Below are positions 26,120 through 36,643 of a stretch of DNA of 64,000 nucleotides, one piece after another. The position numbers and the translations under genes are program-made. The DNA is from a virus (Duplodnaviria; Caudoviricetes). Below the pieces are notes generated by a model that did not search any database, was not told where the DNA came from, and worked only from the letters and a program-made list of their open reading frames with translations. Location: the IMG/VR virus record IMGVR_UViG_3300042275_000327, positions 64,001 to 128,000 of that record, one strand, 5' to 3'. Within the stretch, counting starts at the first letter, position 1. Every line of letters starts with the position of its first letter.

Positions 26120-28624
26120 CTATTCTTTTACTTCTTTTCCAAATCCCCAGACTTCTCCAAGCTCTGGATCTGAAATTTCTAATTCAAATTCCATATGAAC
26201 ACCTTCATACTCTTCATACTGTCTTTGGAATATATCTAATATTGTTTTTACCATAAAGCTTCTTTCATCCTTATGTATATAAAATCCCACAGCATCATGA
26301 ATCATTCCAAAGATTCTAGATTTCCAATTATTCTTCTTTACTAACTCATGAAACTCTCTCATTCCTCTCATGATTGCAACTGACTCAAAATTTTGAACAG
26401 GACTATTTTTACTTATATTCTGATCTTCTGAAATCTCTTTTCTATCAGTATCTTTTCCAATATAAGTGAGTCTAGGAAGAAGTCTCCTAGCACCAAATGG
26501 TGATCTTATCATTCCATATTTCTTAGCTGTCTCATGACATTTATCATGCCATTCTAAGAGCTTTGGATATTTCTTAAAGAAGGTATTTCTAATGTATTCT
26601 GCTGCTTCTAAGAATGGATCATCCGAATTTGTATCTAGATTCATCTCTTTTAAAAAATTTAAACAAAAATCTAAATCCCATTCTGCTCTCAATTTATCAT
26701 TAGCAAATGACCATGCAGATCCACCAAAAAGAAAACCAAAATTTACATTTTTTGCTATTCCTCTCTGAGTCTTGTATGGTTCCTGTTTCTTTACTTCTAG
26801 AAATTGTTCAATAGTCCAATCCTGATGAAAAATAGCAATAGCAGTCATCGAGTGAACATCACCACCATACTTTGTAAAAGCATCTTTCAAATTCTGATCA
26901 CCAGAAAGAACAGCAGCAATCCTAAGCTGAAAACCTGCAAAATCACCTTCTGACAAATAATATTTTCCTTGTTCTGGTGCTACAAATATTTTTCTATATT
27001 CTTTTGAAAATTCTGTTTTCTTTGGAACTTGCTGAAGATTGGGAGATTTACATTTATTCCTATGAGATTGTGCAAGCATTACACTGTAAGTTGGATGAAT
27101 GCTATTGGTACTCTTGTTTCTATATTCCCAATAAGCAGAATTATTTTGTTCCTCTCCAATAAAGGTGTTTATCTGAGTCGTAAGAGATCGATAACCAATT
27201 AACTTATCAACAACTGAATATCCTAATTTCTTCCATTTCAGAAGAACATCTTCATTTGTTAGATAATATCCATCTTTAGACCTTAGACCAAGATCAGGAA
27301 GTTTTAGATCGTTCTCTAGTGCCAATCCCAGATCTTTTGCTGAGGACAAATTAACAGGGACTCCCATTTCATCATGTATCTCTCTTGTTAGATCTTCCAA
27401 CTCCTTATCTTTCTTAATCTTCATTTCTTTCAAAAGATCCCAATTGATCACAACCCCATTCAGTTCTATATCAACATAAAGATTCAGATTTGGAACAACT
27501 TCTTTGAAATAATATGAATATAACTGAGGATCCAAAGAAAGTTTTTCTATTTGTTTTTTATATGCTTGATAACAGATTATAGCATCTTTTGTTGCATATT
27601 CAGACAGGATGCTGATTGGAATCTGGGAATAGTTTACCAATTTTGGATGTTTCACCTTATACTTTTGAAGTTCAATCTCATGACCTCCATAATAAGTATA
27701 CATCCAACCATGAGCACTCAATGCATTAGACGCTGTCTCATTCAGACAATGACCAGCACTGAGAGTATCAAAGTCTACCTTAACATTAGTAACACCAAGA
27801 TTTCTCAGGAACTTACAGTCAAATTTTAAATTTGCTCCAATCTGATATTTTCCCTTCAGGAACTCATTTAAGATTTTCAAATCTATCTTGGAAAAATCAA
27901 AATAATATCCTGTGATACCATCAAAAGACATAGTCATACAAATTATTTTATCTTTAAAATAAAAGAATCCACTAGTCTCTAGATCCCATGCTACCTCAGT
28001 AACTTTATCTTTCATCTCTAAAAGAAATTCATTAGGATCTTCTATGATCTCAACTTTTAAAGAAGGAATTCTTATTTTTTCTATATTAAAATCATAAGCT
28101 TTTCTTATTTGTTTAAAAAAGAAAAAACTATAGAAGTTATCAAGAAATCTCTTTTCTTCAAAAGATGCAAACTTGTAAATATCATCCACAGGAAATACAT
28201 AGCTCTTAGTATCTGGATAATAAAAATATGTATCTACATAATCATATGGATAAAAAGCAGAAGCATTGAATGTAGTCTCTAATGTAAATGTATAAATGGA
28301 TCTTCCCAAACAGATAATCTTTGATCCATTAGGAATATACTTTTTATAATCCAGAGAATAACTGTACATGAACTTTGTAACATTCTTTGTTAAATCTTTC
28401 TCTCTTGGTTTAAACTTAAAAGAATATAATAAAGCAAATTGAGGAGCATCATATTTGAATACCTTCTGAAGAGCATTATGGATAAAGCTTACTTGTCTCT
28501 TATTTGTACTATCTGTAACAAAATATAATTCTGGATTTTCATCTGTATAGATAAAGGGATCTTTTATGATATCATTCTGTCTGTTCAATGGGACAGATGT
28601 ATCTACTTTCTTGAAAAAACTCAC
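26120..28624 (-). CDS. polA: Family A DNA polymerase with 3'-5' exonuclease and N-terminal UDG-like region
   Basis: Exo WDLETSG, NLKFD, YATKDA; PNLQQVP, motif A DFAGFQLR, motif B R..AK..NFG, motif C IHD. Confidence 0.92.
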   Translation of the reverse strand: MSFFKKVDTSVPLNRQNDIIKDPFIYTDENPELYFVTDSTNKRQVSFIHNALQKVFKYDAPQFALLYSFKFKPREKDLTKNVTKFMYSYSLDYKKYIPNGSKIICLGRSIYTFTLETTFNASAFYPYDYVDTYFYYPDTKSYVFPVDDIYKFASFEEKRFLDNFYSFFFFKQIRKAYDFNIEKIRIPSLKVEIIEDPNEFLLEMKDKVTEVAWDLETSGFFYFKDKIICMTMSFDGITGYYFDFSKIDLKILNEFLKGKYQIGANLKFDCKFLRNLGVTNVKVDFDTLSAGHCLNETASNALSAHGWMYTYYGGHEIELQKYKVKHPKLVNYSQIPISILSEYATKDAIICYQAYKKQIEKLSLDPQLYSYYFKEVVPNLNLYVDIELNGVVINWDLLKEMKIKKDKELEDLTREIHDEMGVPVNLSSAKDLGLALENDLKLPDLGLRSKDGYYLTNEDVLLKWKKLGYSVVDKLIGYRSLTTQINTFIGEEQNNSAYWEYRNKSTNSIHPTYSVMLAQSHRNKCKSPNLQQVPKKTEFSKEYRKIFVAPEQGKYYLSEGDFAGFQLRIAAVLSGDQNLKDAFTKYGGDVHSMTAIAIFHQDWTIEQFLEVKKQEPYKTQRGIAKNVNFGFLFGGSAWSFANDKLRAEWDLDFCLNFLKEMNLDTNSDDPFLEAAEYIRNTFFKKYPKLLEWHDKCHETAKKYGMIRSPFGARRLLPRLTYIGKDTDRKEISEDQNISKNSPVQNFESVAIMRGMREFHELVKKNNWKSRIFGMIHDAVGFYIHKDERSFMVKTILDIFQRQYEEYEGVHMEFELEISDPELGEVWGFGKEVKE

Positions 28625-29604
28625 AATTCAACCTCTTCAAATGCAGACTTTGGATCTTCAGGATCATATTTATCATTATATGTAAAAGCAAGGTTTTCTT
28701 TCTCTAAAAACATAAATGAGTCTTCTATACTAATAGATCCACCAGCTGCAGCATCATGTCCATTTGCAACACCTAGATCATTACAATTAAATCCATTCTT
28801 TGATCTGAAAGACAACTTTCCACTCAATCCTCCCCAAGTATTGAATGCAACAACATAATCTAGATTTTCTTCTTCTTTGAGAATTCTAGAACATACAAGA
28901 GAAATCTTGGACTTTATTGGAAAGACTCCAAATAATTTTCCCTTACTGTCAACACGTATTTGCATCTTATCTTTTGCATACAGATACATGTCTTCTTCTC
29001 TCTTATTAGATCGTTCAATGATCTCTAATTCTTGTCGTGTTTCTACCCAATGAGGAAAATTTCTTATTTTTCTTTCAAAGAAATCATAAAACGGAATAGT
29101 AGCATCTAGACTATTCTCTGCTTTCCAATCTTTCATCCCCATAAGAACACTATTCAGGTTTTTTGCTTTTTCCCAAAGATCTGATTCATCCTTCCACAAA
29201 TCATAGGTATCAACAAGTTCAACAAACTCATCAATAATTGGAAGATATCTCTTTACTCTAGGAATTACATAATCTTGCCAGAAAATCTTTGTTCCACATC
29301 GATTAAGATCAAATGAAGAATCTCTGTCCTCCTCTAGCCAATCAGCTTTTGAGTGATGATCATAAATTTCTACATGAATATCAAAAGATCTCAATTCTTC
29401 TGTTTTCTCTTTTGGTATTGAAAGATCAGAAAAAATGATTGTATTGAATGTTTTCATGTAGTTCCATTTTTCTTCATCTTCTTCAAAATTATAATCTTCT
29501 GACATCATTGAAGTAAATTTAAGTTTTTCATTAAAAAATCTAGCAATAGCTATACAGGCGTGACCATCGAGGTCAAGATGAGAGACTAATAATTTTCTTT
29601 CCAT
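28621..29604 (-). CDS. DHH-family phosphoesterase
   Basis: H.DLDG, YDHH, DTYDLW, SFRS, GHDAAAG. Confidence 0.85.
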   Translation of the reverse strand: MERKLLVSHLDLDGHACIAIARFFNEKLKFTSMMSEDYNFEEDEEKWNYMKTFNTIIFSDLSIPKEKTEELRSFDIHVEIYDHHSKADWLEEDRDSSFDLNRCGTKIFWQDYVIPRVKRYLPIIDEFVELVDTYDLWKDESDLWEKAKNLNSVLMGMKDWKAENSLDATIPFYDFFERKIRNFPHWVETRQELEIIERSNKREEDMYLYAKDKMQIRVDSKGKLFGVFPIKSKISLVCSRILKEEENLDYVVAFNTWGGLSGKLSFRSKNGFNCNDLGVANGHDAAAGGSISIEDSFMFLEKENLAFTYNDKYDPEDPKSAFEEVEL

Positions 29605-29625
29605 ATATACAGTATACTCCCTAAT

Positions 29626-31437
29626 TTACAATTCTTTCCCTTCAAAAATACTTTCCCATTGATCCTTAGAAAGGGAATCATACTTAAATAGATCTTTATC
29701 TAATCTTTCTCTATTTTCTAGGACTCTATCTTGTCTCTCTTCAATTGTGTTCTCAAACACAATTGGTCTCATCAGTACTCTTTCTGTGGTTCCAATTCTA
29801 TGATTTCTTTTTGACATCTGATCCCAAATCTCAAAGTCCCAAGGTCTATCAAAACAGATAGCTCTAGGAGCTTCTACAATATTAACTGCTCTAGCAATCA
29901 TTCTGTAAGAAGCAATCAGAAGCTTATGCTTCTTTTGTTTCTTGAATTTCTCTATCAGTCCATCTCTATATTCATCTCTGGTTACACCTTTAGGAATTTC
30001 TATCTCTCCATGAATAAGGATAGGATTATACTTTTTATAATACTCTCCCAATTGCTTGATTGACATAGGATGTCCAGACCACAGAATTGTCTTCTTTCCT
30101 TCTGTATCAATAAATTTTTCTAGAAGAGAAGTTACAACTTCCAACTTTGAATGGTCTTCAAATTTCCATTTCTCCACCATAGAATAAAACTCAGGCTCTT
30201 TCTGTGGATCAATTTTTCCCTTTAGAATACAAGGATTGTCTAGACATAAAGATATTCTAGGAAAATTAAGATACATCTCTCTTGTATTCAATCTTCCATT
30301 CTTGTCCTTGTTGTCTGTCATATACATTTTTATATAATGTCTATAAAGTTTCTTCTGCTTTTCTGAAATTTCGGTATAGACAACTCTCTTATCTAGTTCT
30401 GGAAGATCAATGTTGTCTTCTGTAAATTCTCTTACAAACCAAGGAGAAATTTCCTCCAAGAATTCTTTGATCTTATCATGCTTATAACTTCTTATTGCAT
30501 ATTTAGACCATCTGGTTCCCAAAAAGGCAAGCCTTGAGATCCAGGACTGATAGTCCTTACTTACAATATTCTTATCCAGAAATTTCAGTTGAGAATACAT
30601 ATCCTCAATTCCTCTTGGGTAAGGAGTGCCTGAAAGACCATATCTGAATCTGAAAAAATTCTTATGCATCTGGATGACTTTTGTAGATCTTGATCCTCTG
30701 TTCTTTATGAGATGCATTTCATCTAGAACAATTGCTCGATTTGTTCCCCAAGAATCTAATGGTAAACAAGCTGTCCTATAATCTTTACTTTTCTTCTTAA
30801 AGACCTTCTTGTAGGCATCATCACTCAGCATCAAGAATGTTCTATAAGTCATAATTGCTACTTTAGTTGACTCTACAAAAGGCTCTCTCCTAGCAGCATT
30901 AGCTACATAGATCTCCTCCTCTTTCAATCCAAAAGTATTGAATCTGATTAATTCTCTCTTGAAGTTATATACAGACTCTGTAGGAGCAAGAACAAGAATT
31001 CTATCAATAAGATTATTATTCCATAAATGATTCAGAATTCCAATCATGATGAATGTCTTACCAAGCCCCATCTTATGAGCAAGATAAAGACGACTTTGTC
31101 GTATTCCTGTTTTTATGGCTCTTACTTGATAATCACCAATTGGATTTCCACCTAGAATCTCTGGATTATAGGATATTCTGAATTTTTCAGTTTCTGGTTT
31201 TGGAATTAGAAGAGAATATATCTCTTCAGAGATATCAAATTTCTCAATCTTGAGAAGTTCTTCTAGAGCTTCTTTACTCTCATCCACATTCTTCAACCAG
31301 ACCATGTCATTATACTCAAATTCAGGAAGAAATCTGAATCGATGTTCTTTCAGGACATCTTTGATCTCATTGAAGTTTGAACCAGATATCTTTAATGCAA
31401 TTTTTTGTTTGTCTCTACTTAAATATAATCTTATCAT
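29626..31437 (-). CDS. SNF2-family (SF2) helicase
   Basis: MGLGKT, LDEMH, SGTP, RNHRIG. Confidence 0.88.
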   Translation of the reverse strand: MIRLYLSRDKQKIALKISGSNFNEIKDVLKEHRFRFLPEFEYNDMVWLKNVDESKEALEELLKIEKFDISEEIYSLLIPKPETEKFRISYNPEILGGNPIGDYQVRAIKTGIRQSRLYLAHKMGLGKTFIMIGILNHLWNNNLIDRILVLAPTESVYNFKRELIRFNTFGLKEEEIYVANAARREPFVESTKVAIMTYRTFLMLSDDAYKKVFKKKSKDYRTACLPLDSWGTNRAIVLDEMHLIKNRGSRSTKVIQMHKNFFRFRYGLSGTPYPRGIEDMYSQLKFLDKNIVSKDYQSWISRLAFLGTRWSKYAIRSYKHDKIKEFLEEISPWFVREFTEDNIDLPELDKRVVYTEISEKQKKLYRHYIKMYMTDNKDKNGRLNTREMYLNFPRISLCLDNPCILKGKIDPQKEPEFYSMVEKWKFEDHSKLEVVTSLLEKFIDTEGKKTILWSGHPMSIKQLGEYYKKYNPILIHGEIEIPKGVTRDEYRDGLIEKFKKQKKHKLLIASYRMIARAVNIVEAPRAICFDRPWDFEIWDQMSKRNHRIGTTERVLMRPIVFENTIEERQDRVLENRERLDKDLFKYDSLSKDQWESIFEGKEL

Positions 31438-31445
31438 AGTGTTTT

Positions 31446-32405
31446 TTAAGCTCTTGGAATCTTTTCCCTTTTAAAGAAAGATCCTCCCTTTTTATTTATA
31501 GGATAGAACTGATATACTCTAGTATCCAATCTTGAAACATCAAATTCTAATGTTTGATACAAAGAATTCAAAGTTCTAGGATTGAAAGAACAATCATAGG
31601 TTCCTTCATTAATCTGTTCTTCTGAAATATCTAAATAATCTACAAGTTTGTAATTCATCAGAAGTCTTGGAGTATTTTCCTTTATTCTTTCTTTAAATGT
31701 ATCTGAAACATAGTCAAGTTCATCAACATGTCTAATGATATCTTGTATAGAATCAAATTCAGAAACAAGTTTCACAAGAACCTTGGTTCTTATTCCTTCT
31801 ACTCCAATAGGAACATTATCTCCAGAATCTCCCTTGAAACTTTTGTACATACACATCTTTGTTACTGTTGGTTCAAAACCATATTTCTCAACAAATTCAT
31901 CCTTATCATAAATATGATAATTTCCCTTCTCATATTTAGCAACATGAACATTTTCTCTAATAGCTCTGAACCAATCTAGATCATTTGAGACAAGAAGAAT
32001 AGAATCATCTGGATTCATCTTTACAAGTGTATCAACCAGATCATCAGCTTCTGATCCTTCAACCTTTACAGTCTTATAATTGTTCTTATAATTCAAAAGT
32101 ACTAGATGAAGAAAATCTAGGCTTCTATAGAATGCCTCATCTTTCTTTTCTCTATTTGCCTTGTAATCTGGATCTATCTCTTTTCTCTTATTTATTCCAC
32201 TATGACAATTATCAAAAAGAAAATATACTTCTCCTTCTGGCTGAAGGTAATCTCTTTCAATTCTCTGAATCATTCTTAGAGAATTATAGATTCCTCCTGT
32301 TACCATAGTAGTATTATCTTCCAGGACAGTAGTCATACTCTGTCCTGTATAAAATCCTCTATGATAAAAATTTGATGTGTCTATAAAGATTTTCTGATAT
32401 TTCAT
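31446..32405 (-). CDS. 5'-3' exonuclease/flap endonuclease (T4 RNase H-like)
   Basis: YKANR, EADD, SNDLD, GDSGDNVP.GV.GI. Confidence 0.9.
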   Translation of the reverse strand: MKYQKIFIDTSNFYHRGFYTGQSMTTVLEDNTTMVTGGIYNSLRMIQRIERDYLQPEGEVYFLFDNCHSGINKRKEIDPDYKANREKKDEAFYRSLDFLHLVLLNYKNNYKTVKVEGSEADDLVDTLVKMNPDDSILLVSNDLDWFRAIRENVHVAKYEKGNYHIYDKDEFVEKYGFEPTVTKMCMYKSFKGDSGDNVPIGVEGIRTKVLVKLVSEFDSIQDIIRHVDELDYVSDTFKERIKENTPRLLMNYKLVDYLDISEEQINEGTYDCSFNPRTLNSLYQTLEFDVSRLDTRVYQFYPINKKGGSFFKREKIPRA

Positions 32406-32947
32406 TTCTCTCTTGCTACCTTTTTACAATGTTTCTCAAATTCTTTCCATCTTGAATTTTCTGGAAGAGTCTTCAAATTCTTGACAAAAATAAGAACTGG
32501 CATATCTACTTGATACATGATAGTTTCTTTCTTATCATCAAGAACAATAATTCTATCTTTGGAAATATCTACCTTATCAATGATGAAAGTCTCTTTTCTT
32601 GTCTTTGAGGACAAAGAAGAAAAAGCCTCTTCAAATGTAGCATTTTCCTTTATCATAAGATTATTGATATCAGAAATATCTGGCTCAATCTTCACTCTCT
32701 TGGAATGAACAATCTTAGGATACTTATAATCTCTGAACCATTCTCGTATTGTATGTATAGTGTCTTCTACTGGGAGATTATAATCTATTGTAAACTCCTT
32801 GATATCAATCTCTTCTTCAAATTGAACAAACACCTTCAGAGGTGTTACTTGAAAAGTGAAGTAAATAGGAGCTCTAGATCTGAATCCAGAAAATTTCTTT
32901 TTAAATTTCTTAATATAATCTTCCATCTCATTGATGTCTTTTACCAT
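32402..32947 (-). CDS. Hypothetical protein
   Basis: 181 aa, GGAG RBS, in replication operon. Confidence 0.6.
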   Translation of the reverse strand: MVKDINEMEDYIKKFKKKFSGFRSRAPIYFTFQVTPLKVFVQFEEEIDIKEFTIDYNLPVEDTIHTIREWFRDYKYPKIVHSKRVKIEPDISDINNLMIKENATFEEAFSSLSSKTRKETFIIDKVDISKDRIIVLDDKKETIMYQVDMPVLIFVKNLKTLPENSRWKEFEKHCKKVAREK

Positions 32948-32959
32948 TTTAATTCTCCT

Positions 32960-34060
32960 TTAAAGATTAGGTTCTTCAATCAAAGTCTGCACAATAAAAA
33001 TCTTCTTACTATCAGTTGCATCTAACATCTTGATAGCAGGAGCATCACTTGAATAGTGTATCTGAATTTCATCAACTTTTTTCTTAGAAAAAGAATTTAC
33101 AGCTGAAGACAATCCAAACAATGAGATCCAAAAAGATTTCTCAATAAAGTATTCTGAGTCTGAGTAATCTTCTACAGTGAGTGAATAATCAATTTCTGAA
33201 TCAGAAAGCAGCTTTATCTTAATTGATTTTTCATTCTCAAAATCAATTCTACAATGACTGATATCTGAATTAGAAAAAGATGACAATACTTTAACAGCTT
33301 CCAAGAACTCTTTTGTCTTTACTCTGAAAAATTCTTCATGTTCAAAGCTAGAAGTGAAATCTTCAGCATAAGGATCTGTAGGAAGAGAAATATCAGAAGA
33401 GGAAGAAAACTTATAGAATAAATCTTTGTAGTTGAATTCTATAATCTGTCCCCCATTGAGAGTACTCTTCATTCTGAAATCTATTTCAGTATCCTTAGCA
33501 ATTCCAAGAGAAAGAAGAACTCTAATCACAGCTACAGGAATAGAAAAAGAAGTTGTTGAAGGAAGACCAGATGGAGCTTGTATGTACTTCATTTGACTCA
33601 AAGCAATGAAGTTGTCCTGCTCAAAGAACACAGCTGGAAAGCTCTGGTCCTTATCCAAAAATTCCTTACAAATCTCCAGATCACTCAGGACATCTTCTGT
33701 GAACTTGATAGTCTTAACATCTAAGTCATAATCTTCCTCTAAGGAGAAAGCTAGGTCTTCTTCCAAAAGGGGAAGAGAGAATTTGTCTCCTTTTTCCGAG
33801 TAGAATTTTCCTTTCTTGATTGTAAGACTTGAATAGGTATTTACTAGAAAGAAAAACTTGAGACCATCTACATATAGATAATCTACATCCTTATCTCCCT
33901 CAATCACAAGATCAATTCTGACAGATGTTGTATCTGTATAGAAGCTCATCTTCTTTTTTCTAAAATCTAAGAAGACATGGTCATAATAAGCATTTCCAGA
34001 AATTTTGACTAAATTAAAAATCTTAGAAAATGGCTTCAAATTTGAAGTGAAAAGAATCAT
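32960..34060 (-). CDS. Probable DNA sliding clamp (beta-clamp-like)
   Basis: 366-aa acidic protein with repeated alpha/beta pattern and clamp-like size, heading the replication operon. Confidence 0.5.
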   Translation of the reverse strand: MILFTSNLKPFSKIFNLVKISGNAYYDHVFLDFRKKKMSFYTDTTSVRIDLVIEGDKDVDYLYVDGLKFFFLVNTYSSLTIKKGKFYSEKGDKFSLPLLEEDLAFSLEEDYDLDVKTIKFTEDVLSDLEICKEFLDKDQSFPAVFFEQDNFIALSQMKYIQAPSGLPSTTSFSIPVAVIRVLLSLGIAKDTEIDFRMKSTLNGGQIIEFNYKDLFYKFSSSSDISLPTDPYAEDFTSSFEHEEFFRVKTKEFLEAVKVLSSFSNSDISHCRIDFENEKSIKIKLLSDSEIDYSLTVEDYSDSEYFIEKSFWISLFGLSSAVNSFSKKKVDEIQIHYSSDAPAIKMLDATDSKKIFIVQTLIEEPNL

Positions 34061-34147
34061 CTATAATTCTCCTTTTATAAAGTTCTATATACATATAGTA
34101 TACTCAAAGATAGAAAAGTTTTTCGCAATTAGTATACTATTTATTAT

Positions 34148-34531
34148 ATGAATAATGAACAAGAAACATCTATTGCAGTAGAAACAGTATTTGTCCTCCC
34201 AAGAAATCAGTTCTACTGGTCTTATAGAATAAATGAAGGTGCTACTCATACAATCAAGAAAGAAGAAATCTTTGATTATCTAAAAGAATATGTAACACAA
34301 AAAAATTATGCTAAACTAGCAGATTTCTTATCTAGGTTCAGATCTTTCTTGATTCTTATAAAAGAAGACAGAGTTGTCGAGCTTACAAAAAAACTACATG
34401 ATGAAGAGTATTATAGGAAGACTATTGAAGATGAGATTTTTTCTATTGCTTCTTCAAGTGGAAGAATCAACTTTGAAAAAGGAGATAGCCTTCTAAAGAA
34501 AGTTGAAGAAATACAGAAAAAATATTGGTAG
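34148..34531 (+). CDS. Hypothetical protein
   Basis: 127-aa ORF just after the strand switch. Confidence 0.6.
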   Translation: MNNEQETSIAVETVFVLPRNQFYWSYRINEGATHTIKKEEIFDYLKEYVTQKNYAKLADFLSRFRSFLILIKEDRVVELTKKLHDEEYYRKTIEDEIFSIASSSGRINFEKGDSLLKKVEEIQKKYW

Positions 34532-34549
34532 ATTGAGTATACTCATAGT

Positions 34550-36544
34550 ATGAAGAGATTTACTTCAAATACAGATCGATACTATGAACTCAAAAATAAG
34601 CCTTTAAGAGAGAAATATCTTGAAGGCAATAATGTTTTGTTGCCATATCTGTTTGAAGATCAAAAAAGTCTGATTAATCTCAACATGTTCAAAAAGTCAA
34701 ATGAAAGAGTAGAAAATAAGAGTCAGGTGAAAGAATTTCTAGAAAGTATCTCTGAAAAAAAGTCTAGAAAAAATTCTCCACTTGAAAGAAGAGTGAAAAA
34801 TCTTTCTTCTTTATTAGAGGATCTAAATAAGAATGAAGACATCTATAAAGATGCTCAAAAAATAAAAGAGAGAATATTTGATAATGAAGACACTTTCATT
34901 TTTTATTCTGAAATTCTATTCAACAAAAACTCTCTAGATGTAGAGTCATTCTTAGAATCTCATACACAAAAAGAAGTTATGAATTTTGTAATTGAGAATT
35001 TTGGATATGACTTCAAGAGCAAATTTTTCAGAACAAGACAGTTTGATAGCATATCAGAAAATGAGTGGAAAGAATATAACAGCAAGATAAATTATGGTAG
35101 ACTTCAGAATCATATTGCAAATGCCTATCTTATTCAAGCTAGACAATATGAACACACAAAAATTCTGAAAGTAGAAATTGACAATAGAAAATTTCCAAGG
35201 AATCTAAAAAGTTATCTTACACTTGGTGAATTTTTCAAAATCATAACCAAAGAATTTGGTGTAGAACCTTTTTATGTGGAGCGATCTCTACAAGAAAAAG
35301 GTCTCATGAGAGCTTTCTATACATTTGACAATTATGTATCAGATACTCATAAACGAAAGCTAGAAAATTTCTTCTCTAATAAGTATGGATTCACTTGTAG
35401 AATTCAGACATCAGAAGAATATATGACTCTTCCATTCTCAAAAGAAATTCTGATGAGAGGAAGATATTCTTCAGAAAATCCTTTGAGTATTCAGCATGAG
35501 ACTCTAGAAGAGACTTATCAAAGAGTAAGTAATCATTCTCTGATAGGAAAGACTCGTTCTATAGAGAATATGATTGGAAAACTTGTTCATGGAGAAGTTA
35601 TAGAAAAGGATACAGATATTCTCACTGAGAATGAATCTTCTAATACAGAGTATAAGACCCATGGATCTGACAAATTCTCATATGGTGCTGGAACTAGATT
35701 CAAGAATCAAGTTTCTCTAGCTGTATGGTGTTTTGCAAGAGGATGTACTTTCCAAGAATATTTCAATCTTGCTCTGTCTCTAGATGGTGGATCTAAAGAC
35801 ATGATGAAGTGGAGTCTGGATAGAAAACAAAAAGTCCTTTTAGGATATTGGAATTTTGCTAATGGACATGCTACAAAAATAGAGACTTCTCTCTCAGTGA
35901 AGAAGAATGGAACATTCACTCTCTCTGCAGATGGAAAGAAACAATACAGTATTTGTGACACACAGATTCCAGTTCTTCTAGATACTCGAAGTGAAAAGGA
36001 TAAATTTTTATTCATTGTCAGCCATTTCTACAACACAGAATATACATCTTCTCGACAACAAGGAAGATGGAAAACAATATTTCTGGAGGACTCTCTGAAG
36101 CTTTACAAGTTTCTACAGAGAAAGCAAGAATATGAAGAACTCTCTGGAAAAGAATACACAGAAGAAAAATTCAAAGAATTGAACAAGGGAGTTCTTCTTC
36201 CTCATTCTATGTACAAAGATCTCAAGAAACATCTTGGTATCAGAACAGACATGAGAAGACTCATCAGACTTTTAGAGAAAGCAGAACTATTAAGATGTAT
36301 AGAGATTGATGGATATGAGTTCTCTTACAAGGACAAGACATTTGGAAGACACTATAGACTGATTGAGAAATCTCGCATGGAACATATTTATACATATATA
36401 CAGAATACATATTATAATACTGTAATTATTAATTCTAATATCTATAGAGGTGTTCTTTCTTCAAGCATAAATTATAGTAGCTATGTTTGTTTTGGGAATG
36501 TCTTCAGTGAAGAAGAAAAAGGTAAAAAACCTCCATCTGGGTGA
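34550..36544 (+). CDS. Large hypothetical protein, possible replication initiator/origin-binding protein
   Basis: 664 aa; G.RF....LA segment reminiscent of primase C-terminal domains; possible winged helix near C-terminus. Confidence 0.35.
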   Translation: MKRFTSNTDRYYELKNKPLREKYLEGNNVLLPYLFEDQKSLINLNMFKKSNERVENKSQVKEFLESISEKKSRKNSPLERRVKNLSSLLEDLNKNEDIYKDAQKIKERIFDNEDTFIFYSEILFNKNSLDVESFLESHTQKEVMNFVIENFGYDFKSKFFRTRQFDSISENEWKEYNSKINYGRLQNHIANAYLIQARQYEHTKILKVEIDNRKFPRNLKSYLTLGEFFKIITKEFGVEPFYVERSLQEKGLMRAFYTFDNYVSDTHKRKLENFFSNKYGFTCRIQTSEEYMTLPFSKEILMRGRYSSENPLSIQHETLEETYQRVSNHSLIGKTRSIENMIGKLVHGEVIEKDTDILTENESSNTEYKTHGSDKFSYGAGTRFKNQVSLAVWCFARGCTFQEYFNLALSLDGGSKDMMKWSLDRKQKVLLGYWNFANGHATKIETSLSVKKNGTFTLSADGKKQYSICDTQIPVLLDTRSEKDKFLFIVSHFYNTEYTSSRQQGRWKTIFLEDSLKLYKFLQRKQEYEELSGKEYTEEKFKELNKGVLLPHSMYKDLKKHLGIRTDMRRLIRLLEKAELLRCIEIDGYEFSYKDKTFGRHYRLIEKSRMEHIYTYIQNTYYNTVIINSNIYRGVLSSSINYSSYVCFGNVFSEEEKGKKPPSG

Positions 36545-36643
36545 AAAACTCTTGCTATAATGAGTATACTATATATAAGAAGATGCGTAAGAAAGAAGTT
36601 CAGAAAGAAACTTAGAATAAAAAGCATCAAAGGAGAAAAATGT

